Below are positions 37,530-44,769 of a DNA stretch of 64,000 nt, piece by piece (within the stretch, counting starts at the first letter, position 1; every line of letters begins with the position of its first letter). A program made the position numbers and the translations under genes. The notes below the pieces were generated by a model, which was not told the DNA's origin, did no database searches, and worked only from the letters and a program-made list of their open reading frames with translations. This DNA comes from Candidatus Zixiibacteriota bacterium (GTDB taxonomy: Bacteria; Zixibacteria; MSB-5A5; GN15; FEB-12): assembly GCA_040753875.1 (NCBI GenBank), contig JBFMDV010000024.1, forward strand, positions 15,970 to 79,969. Reading direction: 5' to 3'.

Positions 37530-38791
37530 ACATACTCCTTCCCGGAGGAACCGTTATCGATCTTGCAAAAGACGAGGCAGGCATTCCGCCCGCCAAAACT
37601 GCAGTTGGCGGACACTGCCGCCTGAATGTCTGTCTTATGGCTTTTGTCCCCCGCGCAATTGATGTCGCATTGGGGGTCACGTGGAGTGCTATTGATCGAT
37701 GGCGGGATCACTTGTCGATCTACCGCCAGTGCGATCACCGCAGCCTCCAGTGCGCCGCACGCTCCCAGGAGATGTCCGGTCACCGGCTTGGTTGAGCCGC
37801 AGGCCGGCTGATTCTCCGTTGGTCCGAAAATCGCCCGCACTGCATTGCACTCGGCAGGATCATTGGCAGAAGTTGCCGTCCCATGCAGATTGACATAGCC
37901 GATTTCTCCTGGGGCGAGTTCTGCATCATCGAGCGCTTTCCGAATGGCTACAGCCAGCATCACGCCCTCGGGGTCAGGCGAAGTCGGATGGAACGCATCG
38001 CAGGTTTCAGCAAACCCTGCAGCCCGGCAGTACATCTTCGCCCTTCGCAGGATTGCGTGCTGACGTTCCTCAAGTACAAGATACACCGCTCCTTCACCCA
38101 GTACGAAACCGTCGCGATCGGCGGCAAATGGCCGGCACGCCGCGTGCGGGGAACCATTGAACTTTGACAGCACACCCGCGTGAACGAAGGGGCGAACAAT
38201 ATCAAGGTGTAACGGCGCCTCGGTCCCCCCGACGATCGCAACGTCGAGGTCACCGCGTTCAATGCCGCGAAGTCCATGACCGACGGCGCAGGCTGATGAC
38301 ACGCTGCCGTGCGATAGGGTCACCGCCGGACCTTTGAAGCCAAACTGCATGGCGATGGCGCCGGATGAGTTGCCCGACATGCCGCATACCAATATAGATG
38401 GGCCGTGCGCACAGTTGTCCCCTGCCAACGACTTTCTCAGTTGCTCGATGACCAGCGCCGTCGAACCAAGGGAGGAACCGTCGAAAACACCGCATCGTTC
38501 GGGGGACGCCGGTGAGGTGTTCAATCCGGCATCGGCCAGCGCCATTGTCGCCGCTCCCAGCGCGAATTGCGCCGAACGGTCGAGCCGCCGGGCCATTTTG
38601 CGTGGAACGAACCGCTCAGGATCGAATCCCACCACCTGAGCACCGATCCGCACAGCCAATCCACTCGCTTCGGCTTCCGGCCAAGGCTGAACTGCCGAAA
38701 CACCTCCGACAACATGACGCCAGAGTGCGTCGGCTCCCAGGCCGCAGGCCGTGACGGCGCCTATCCCGCTTATGATCACCTGTCGCTGCAT
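37526..38791 (-). CDS. beta-ketoacyl-ACP synthase I/II family enzyme (FabF/FabB-like), orphan
   Basis: 421 aa with the complete Cys-His-His triad context: SVSSACAVGHG, NLHGTATSANDPAE and TKPVTGHLLGACGALE. No ACP, reductase or dehydratase gene is present in the window. Confidence 0.85.
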   Translation of the reverse strand: MQRQVIISGIGAVTACGLGADALWRHVVGGVSAVQPWPEAEASGLAVRIGAQVVGFDPERFVPRKMARRLDRSAQFALGAATMALADAGLNTSPASPERCGVFDGSSLGSTALVIEQLRKSLAGDNCAHGPSILVCGMSGNSSGAIAMQFGFKGPAVTLSHGSVSSACAVGHGLRGIERGDLDVAIVGGTEAPLHLDIVRPFVHAGVLSKFNGSPHAACRPFAADRDGFVLGEGAVYLVLEERQHAILRRAKMYCRAAGFAETCDAFHPTSPDPEGVMLAVAIRKALDDAELAPGEIGYVNLHGTATSANDPAECNAVRAIFGPTENQPACGSTKPVTGHLLGACGALEAAVIALAVDRQVIPPSINSTPRDPQCDINCAGDKSHKTDIQAAVSANCSFGGRNACLVFCKIDNGSSGKEYV

Positions 38792-38802
38792 AGCCCAATC
38801 TC

Positions 38803-39549
38803 TCAGAATGCGACCACCAAACCGGCCGAAAGCCAGAACGCATCCATCGAAGCCTTGGCCGTGATGTTGTTTCCTTGCGGCAGATATCCCAACCCCTCTC
38901 TTTTCATTTCTCCCCCGATCACGTATTTTGCCGAGACGTACAGCGATTGTCTGGTTCGCTCCGGATCGCGGAACTCGATTAGTGCGACCAGTGGATAGCC
39001 AACCTCCGGACCGGTGTCAACCTCCACCCACTGCATGGTGCCGCCATCGTTTGTAGGTGAGCTATAGGTGCGATAGGCGCGCACCCGCTGGTAGGCAATG
39101 CCGGGGCCGAACGACATGCAGATGGATCTTTGCCTGAGTAGCGTAACAAGCATGCTCATGCTGAAATGCTGACGTCTCGCGTGCCCTGATGACGGCTTGC
39201 CGCCGATCACACCTTCAAACCATGCCGAGAACCGGCGACTGACATGGAGTCGCAGACCGGCGATTGCAGTCACGCTTCGGCCGGCAAGATCGCCACTCTG
39301 CGGAACGCCATAGTAATCTTCGACCGAGTGGAAAGTCTCTTTCAACTCATTATAGCTCGCCCACTCCCACACCGCTCCCATGTTCACGCTGAGGTGTGGG
39401 TAGGAAGGAACATATCGCCGTGTTTCAGCTTGCACAATGCTGTCGGGAGTTTGGAGAACCGGTCGAGTAGTGTCATCGAAAATCTGACCCCGAGCCGATT
39501 CGCCCAGCAGCACCACCCAGACAAGACTGAAAATTATTAGTGTTCGCAT
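38803..39549 (-). CDS. putative outer-membrane beta-barrel protein
   Basis: Signal peptide (LIIFSLVWVVLLGESARG), alternating-hydrophobicity strands and a C-terminal aromatic residue (...LSAGLVVAF), typical of OM beta-barrels. No named family recognised. Confidence 0.55.
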   Translation of the reverse strand: MRTLIIFSLVWVVLLGESARGQIFDDTTRPVLQTPDSIVQAETRRYVPSYPHLSVNMGAVWEWASYNELKETFHSVEDYYGVPQSGDLAGRSVTAIAGLRLHVSRRFSAWFEGVIGGKPSSGHARRQHFSMSMLVTLLRQRSICMSFGPGIAYQRVRAYRTYSSPTNDGGTMQWVEVDTGPEVGYPLVALIEFRDPERTRQSLYVSAKYVIGGEMKREGLGYLPQGNNITAKASMDAFWLSAGLVVAF

Positions 39550-39554
39550 GTGAC

Positions 39555-41528
39555 CTACCTCGTCTCCGCAGTGTCGACGACTTCCAAGGATGTCAACACG
39601 TACTGGTTGAGTAGTTGGAGACTGTACCTGCCAAACGCCCCAGGTTCATCCAGTAACTGCGCGATCAGTTTGTCCTGTGGCTCCCCCTCGCCGCATACAT
39701 GAATCGTGTAATAACCGCTGCACTTGACGACATACGACCGGGTGAGCCGCTCGACACGCGGCGGCACTTCGAACTCCACATCCGCCCAGTCGAGCGTGCT
39801 TGGCATTGCGTAATAATTCTGATCGAGGTTGGCCAGTCTGCGTCTTTGATCTTCGCTTCGATAGTCCAGCGCGCGGGCGGCCGCCAATTCCGTCACACGC
39901 ACCGGCGAAGACCAGCCATATTCAACAGCCGCCCGATTGATCATCCAGAATCCGGCAGTCGATTCGAGTCGGACCCTGAGAAGCGAATCGGACGAGTGCG
40001 GCAGCCGGAGTACGACAGCCACATCGCGTGGAACCGCCGGGCCGATCTCCCATATTGTGCCGGCATGGCGCCAGGTGCCTTGATCCCACACTTTCACCAG
40101 CAGCATCCCCTCTCGAATCATTGCCTGCATAAGTCTCGACCTATCCGGTTCCGAGTTGTTCAATGAACGATACCAACTCTCAAGCGAGTCCCCCTGCAAC
40201 GAGAGGATATGCCCAAGCATCTCAGCCGACCAGGCCGAGTTTTGACCGTTGAGAATCAGCGTGGCCGAGTCTACTCCCGGCGGCAACGAGAACTCCAGAA
40301 CCAGACCGTCGCGGACCTGGTTAATATCGGCGGGATCTCGACCGAACGGGTTACTCACCCATGTACGGTCGTCTGTTTCCCGCAACATCTCCGACAGATT
40401 CGCTCCTCGATCATCATAGGCTTGGATTGGCGCAACAGGTGCAGCAGTCACCCGCAACGTGCCGTCAAAGGTCGGTACAACATGTGTGCCGGGTGAATGG
40501 TCGACTGCCAGTAACTTGAGTTCATCGACATACTGCGTCTCCTCCAGTTCGTTGGTAATGCGTATGCGGCAGACACCGTCGACATCACGCAGGGAGTCAA
40601 GGGTCACCCAGTCAGTCCGCTGAGCCGCCCGGAAGATCGCCCCGCCAAACACCTCGGCCTGGCGGTGATATTTCTGACCGTCGAAACTATAAATGAACGG
40701 ACAGGACCAGGTACCGTTACTACTGCTTGAGGTCAGGCTCATGTCCATGCCTCCGGAAGCGGCGAAGGCGATAACGGCTGCAATGACTGCCGCATCAATA
40801 ATAGCTCCGATAATGAGGCCCGTGGTCTTGCCGTGCACTCGATTTTTCACCCAGACCTGCTCGATCTGATCCACCGGAATCACCAGTTGTATCGAATCAT
40901 TCAGGATCACAAGCGACGACAAAAGCGGCACGTGATGGTTCTGCACTGCCGACGTTATGTCAGCCCCTGACAGCACGAAATCGTCTTTGACTACAACCGC
41001 GTCGATGTTCCGACTGTCAATCCTCTGGATGGCGCCACTCTCATTATTCTGCACGGTCAAGAGGCAAGTCAGTGTCCCGTCGGTCGTCATTGACTCCAAC
41101 GTATCACGTTTCTGGTACGGGTCCACCGGGCGGTACCGCCTGTCATAGCCGATAAGCGTACACCGCATGGAATCGCCATTGTGAGTGGCTATTGATAATG
41201 TGTCCCCTGGTCGGGGGAGCCTTGCGGCAGAGGGGTCAGTGTCATGTTCGCGTGCAAATCGGTCGGCGTAGGCCGCCGCGTCCGCCTCCGAGACGGTGAC
41301 GAACCTTCCTGAATCCTGTGACCCGTCCGTTCGAAAGATGGTCACCTTTTCGTTCCGTTTGAGAGTCTGCCACTCCCATCCCGGCACCGGCTTCTTCTTT
41401 GGCTTGCCTGAATCCGCAATTGCCCCAAGCCCAAGCCCGATGAGGGTGCAGCCAAGAGTAGGCAGCAGTATTGCTCCCGTCGCCAGGAGTATCAACGCAA
41501 GTCTTGATCGATGTGCCATCTGAATCAC
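39555..41528 (-). CDS. uncharacterised lipoprotein/membrane protein, paralog B
   Basis: Lipobox-like LPTLG-C and a mid-protein TM (GLIIGAIIDAAVIAAVIAFAA). The body starts SCPFIYSFDGQKY and is collinear with paralog A (ELKLLAVDHSPGTHVVP, RDGLVLEF, REGMLLVKVWDQGTW, LRVRLESTAGFW, LLDEPGAFG). Confidence 0.75.
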   Translation of the reverse strand: MIQMAHRSRLALILLATGAILLPTLGCTLIGLGLGAIADSGKPKKKPVPGWEWQTLKRNEKVTIFRTDGSQDSGRFVTVSEADAAAYADRFAREHDTDPSAARLPRPGDTLSIATHNGDSMRCTLIGYDRRYRPVDPYQKRDTLESMTTDGTLTCLLTVQNNESGAIQRIDSRNIDAVVVKDDFVLSGADITSAVQNHHVPLLSSLVILNDSIQLVIPVDQIEQVWVKNRVHGKTTGLIIGAIIDAAVIAAVIAFAASGGMDMSLTSSSSNGTWSCPFIYSFDGQKYHRQAEVFGGAIFRAAQRTDWVTLDSLRDVDGVCRIRITNELEETQYVDELKLLAVDHSPGTHVVPTFDGTLRVTAAPVAPIQAYDDRGANLSEMLRETDDRTWVSNPFGRDPADINQVRDGLVLEFSLPPGVDSATLILNGQNSAWSAEMLGHILSLQGDSLESWYRSLNNSEPDRSRLMQAMIREGMLLVKVWDQGTWRHAGTIWEIGPAVPRDVAVVLRLPHSSDSLLRVRLESTAGFWMINRAAVEYGWSSPVRVTELAAARALDYRSEDQRRRLANLDQNYYAMPSTLDWADVEFEVPPRVERLTRSYVVKCSGYYTIHVCGEGEPQDKLIAQLLDEPGAFGRYSLQLLNQYVLTSLEVVDTAETR

Positions 41529-41561
41529 TTCCTTCTATTCGCAGGCTATGCCTACCGAACG

Positions 41562-41609
41562 GACGCGCGCCGATCGGAGGGCTCCATGCCCTCCGAAGGC
41601 GCGTGCGTC
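41562..41609 (-). other. GC-rich composite stem-loop in the 95-nt intercistronic gap
   Basis: The inner stem is GGAGGGC-(5 nt)-GCCCTCC and the outer stem is GACGCGCGCC / GGCGCG(TG)CGTC. Neither orientation has a U-tract. Confidence 0.4.
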
Positions 41610-41622
41610 GGCCCCCTCTGCA

Positions 41623-42927
41623 TCAAATTGCCCCCGGCGTACAGTGGATATCGAGTGTAAATACATTGTGAGCGCTTGTACTCACACGCAGTGTCGATCT
41701 CAGCACCCCGTGATTCGGCGCATCGACCGGTAACATCTTCTGCAGGCGATAGCTCGAAACCGCCACATAGTTGGTCATGAATAGCGACTCGTGTCGCTCG
41801 TACACTCTTGCCGGATACGTCTCGCCGACCGGCGTGGGCGGATCGGTCAGCGGATTCACCGGTGTCAGATTGAGCGACCCTTGAGCGATGAAACCGGCCA
41901 CATACTTGCCGTCACTGGTGAGGCGTACCACTTGCCGCATATGGACCGGTCCATTCGCGTAGAGATAATCGAGCGGTCCGGATGAGCAAAATGGCTTCGG
42001 TATTACCTGGTCGAAATTGATGACGAAATCCTGCACCCAGATACCGGGCGTCCAAGTCACACTTCCCCCAAGGTTGAGAATCATGGCGACCCCATCAGTA
42101 CCGATCGGCACCGGCGCGGAGACATTTCCCAGAGGACCGCCTATGAGAGCGCGCAATTCCACCGGTAAGCCGTTGTATATGATATCCGGGATCTCCCGAA
42201 ACGGAGCCGGATTGATCTGACCTGTCGGCATCATAGGAATGTCCGGATCGAGCAGACCGCTCCTCATGAGATCCACGATGACGAACTGCTCGGCCACTTC
42301 CCACGAAATCACCTGATGATTAGTCGTGCCAGGCACCTGAATTTCGAAATGCACATTGGCCAGAGTCCAATCCCCCTGGCGGAACAGGCGAAGATGGAAC
42401 CTCGCCGGCCCGTACGAACCACACGCCAGTTGGATGGCGCTGCCGGTCCAGCCTTCAGTTTCTCCATATGCGGTTTGCATGTCTCCGGTGACATCATCGA
42501 GCCATCTGCTATTGAATGGTGAGGCATCCGGAAAGCCGATCGCCGTCCTGTCGCCGTCGAGCGATAGTAAAGCCGCACGAATGTCTCTCGGATCGGCGTG
42601 TCCGACAAAGATGAGATTGATCGGATCCTGGCCCTGGCTGGAAAAGTCGTTCCCCGTAAACGGCCAGAATGTTAGCGCATTGTCGCCGAATGCAACTGTT
42701 GTAAGTGGTCCCGGCGGTGGGGTCGGCGTGGGGCACACGGCTGTCTTCGCAGTCAACCCGGCTGCGATTGCATCAACATCCAGATTCTGCGGCTCCGACT
42801 CTTCGACCGCCTCGATCGGTGCGGCCTGGTAGTTGCTCCCCTGAATTGTTTCCTGTGTTCGCTGGCATCCGAGAGCGAATAACGTGGCGACGACTGCCAA
42901 CAGGCCGAGTAGTGTAAGTCTCCTCAT
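41623..42927 (-). CDS. uncharacterised lipoprotein (first gene behind the sigma-54 promoter)
   Basis: ATG at 42927 is preceded by GGAGAA. Lipobox LFALG-C, 434 aa, no family recognised with confidence. The track start at 43017 is probably over-extended. Confidence 0.7.
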   Translation of the reverse strand: MRRLTLLGLLAVVATLFALGCQRTQETIQGSNYQAAPIEAVEESEPQNLDVDAIAAGLTAKTAVCPTPTPPPGPLTTVAFGDNALTFWPFTGNDFSSQGQDPINLIFVGHADPRDIRAALLSLDGDRTAIGFPDASPFNSRWLDDVTGDMQTAYGETEGWTGSAIQLACGSYGPARFHLRLFRQGDWTLANVHFEIQVPGTTNHQVISWEVAEQFVIVDLMRSGLLDPDIPMMPTGQINPAPFREIPDIIYNGLPVELRALIGGPLGNVSAPVPIGTDGVAMILNLGGSVTWTPGIWVQDFVINFDQVIPKPFCSSGPLDYLYANGPVHMRQVVRLTSDGKYVAGFIAQGSLNLTPVNPLTDPPTPVGETYPARVYERHESLFMTNYVAVSSYRLQKMLPVDAPNHGVLRSTLRVSTSAHNVFTLDIHCTPGAI

Positions 42928-43006
42928 CTGATTCTCCTTCCCCGACCATCGTGGTCGGAAATTGTCTTGGCTGATCATTTGCCCTGTGTGAGCTGCCCGC
43001 CTGTTA

Positions 43007-43021
43007 TGCAACCCCAATGCC
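43007..43021 (-). promoter_or_regulatory. sigma-54 (-24/-12) promoter candidate
   Basis: The minus strand reads cGGCAT-TGGGG-TTGCAt, against the consensus TGGCAC-N5-TTGCW. The GG and GC dinucleotides have canonical spacing. It lies about 80 nt upstream of the ATG at 42927 and is divergent from a sigma-54 activator gene. Confidence 0.55.
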
Positions 43022-43149
43022 GACTGAACGTGGATACTTCAGGACGTGATTATCTCAATGGGACACAATATGTTACGCGGTCGACGGGCCTTCCGGCGAC
43101 CGGTCCAGTTCTGGATAGCATTTAATCCGGTTGACCGGAGGGTGGTTAG

Positions 43150-44766
43150 TTGCTATCTTGTTATGGGCATTTCATGAAAGCAGAAGAGAATCAGATTCCC
43201 GAACATTCGGATGTCGAACGTCTGCGCAGAGCGTTGGGTGAGTTACGACTCATCAATAGTCTGATCGCGCGTATCAGTCAGGTGCGCGAGGTCAACCATA
43301 TCATGGATTTGATCCTGGGGGAGCTGGTGCGCGCCACGCAAGCGGACCAGGGACTCATCAATCTGGTGACCCCGATGGCCGAGGGGGATGCATTGACGAC
43401 GGTTGTTCGAACATCAAAATCGAAGGCTGAGACTACCCCGTTCAAAGCAAACGAACTGATTTGCGGCTGGGTGCTCACCAATCGCGTGTTGTTGAAGATC
43501 GATGATCTCGATCATGACGAGCGGTTTTCCGGTATGTCATCGTCGAACGGTCTGTTCAAGTCGGTCATTTGTTGTCCGATGCTGGTACGCAACGAAATCA
43601 TTGGCCTGACCAGTCTCGTCCGAAGTGCCGGCAAGGGTCCGTTCACCGATGAGCACTGCCGACTCGTAGGCATACTAACCTCGCAGTCGGCTCAATTGCT
43701 CAGCAACGCGCGTTTGCTGGAAGAACTGGCCGCCAAGAACGAACTCCTCGAATTGTCGCGGCAGAAACTCCACGATGAGTATGCCCGGCTGCAGTCCGAA
43801 GTCTCCGCCACGTTCGCTTTTGAGCAGATAGTCGGCAAATCGGCTCCGATGAAACGAGTCCTGGCGCTGGCGTCTAAGTTCAGCTGCACTGACTCGGCCG
43901 TTCTTATCGTGGGCGCCACCGGTACCGGCAAAGAACTGCTGGCCCGGGCCATCCATTACAATTCGCCCCGGAAGGATCGCCCGTTCATCATAAAGAATTG
44001 CGGCATCAAGACAGAATCCCTGTTGGAATCGGAGCTGTTCGGACATGTGAGAGGCGCCTTCACCGGCGCCGACCGCGAAAAACGGGGCCTTTTTAAGGAA
44101 GCCGATGGCGGCACGATATTTCTCGATGAGATCGGCGATGCTCCGCTCTCCACCCAGGCTGCGATCCTTCGGGTCATACAGAGCGGCGAGATCAGACCGT
44201 TGGGATCGACGAAGACCGAGTATGTGGATGTGCGGGTGCTGTCGGCGACGAACAAAAACCTGAAGGACGAGATTGCCAGGGGGAATTTCCGCGACGACCT
44301 CTACTATCGCCTCAATACGTTCACGCTGGAGTTGCCGTCTCTGGCGGAGCGCACCGAAGATATTCCGCTCCTTATCAATCACTTTCTTAAGCGGCTTCGG
44401 ATCAAGCTCGGCGTGGCGGAGCTGCACATCTCACCGGGCGCGCTTGAACGCTTCTTGAGATACGACTGGCCGGGCAACGTGCGTCAATTGGAACATGAAC
44501 TGGAGCGGGCGGCCGTGGTGTGCGGCTCGGACGGGGTGATCGAAGTGACCGACCTCTCCCCGGTTCTCGCGGCCCCGGCCTTTTCCGGCGAACAGTCGAA
44601 CTCTTATCGAGGAGAGCTCCGCCTGGTTGTCGAGCGAGTTGAGCGAGAGATGATAGCCCAGACGCTTAAGGAGCACGAGGGGAATATCATGCAAACGGCG
44701 GAGGCGCTGGGTCTGACGAGAAAGGGCCTGAAAGACAAAATGGACCGCTACGGCATCAAGCGCTAA
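43150..44766 (+). CDS. sigma-54-dependent transcriptional activator (GAF - AAA+ - Fis HTH)
   Basis: The AAA+ domain has Walker A GATGTGKELLA, ESELFGH and the GAFTGA loop. An N-terminal GAF-like sensor and a C-terminal HTH (GNIMQTAEALGLTRKGLKDKM) flank it. The TTG start at 43150 has GGAGG 8 nt upstream; an alternative ATG lies at 43174. Confidence 0.9.
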   Translation: MLSCYGHFMKAEENQIPEHSDVERLRRALGELRLINSLIARISQVREVNHIMDLILGELVRATQADQGLINLVTPMAEGDALTTVVRTSKSKAETTPFKANELICGWVLTNRVLLKIDDLDHDERFSGMSSSNGLFKSVICCPMLVRNEIIGLTSLVRSAGKGPFTDEHCRLVGILTSQSAQLLSNARLLEELAAKNELLELSRQKLHDEYARLQSEVSATFAFEQIVGKSAPMKRVLALASKFSCTDSAVLIVGATGTGKELLARAIHYNSPRKDRPFIIKNCGIKTESLLESELFGHVRGAFTGADREKRGLFKEADGGTIFLDEIGDAPLSTQAAILRVIQSGEIRPLGSTKTEYVDVRVLSATNKNLKDEIARGNFRDDLYYRLNTFTLELPSLAERTEDIPLLINHFLKRLRIKLGVAELHISPGALERFLRYDWPGNVRQLEHELERAAVVCGSDGVIEVTDLSPVLAAPAFSGEQSNSYRGELRLVVERVEREMIAQTLKEHEGNIMQTAEALGLTRKGLKDKMDRYGIKR

Positions 44767-44769
44767 AGC

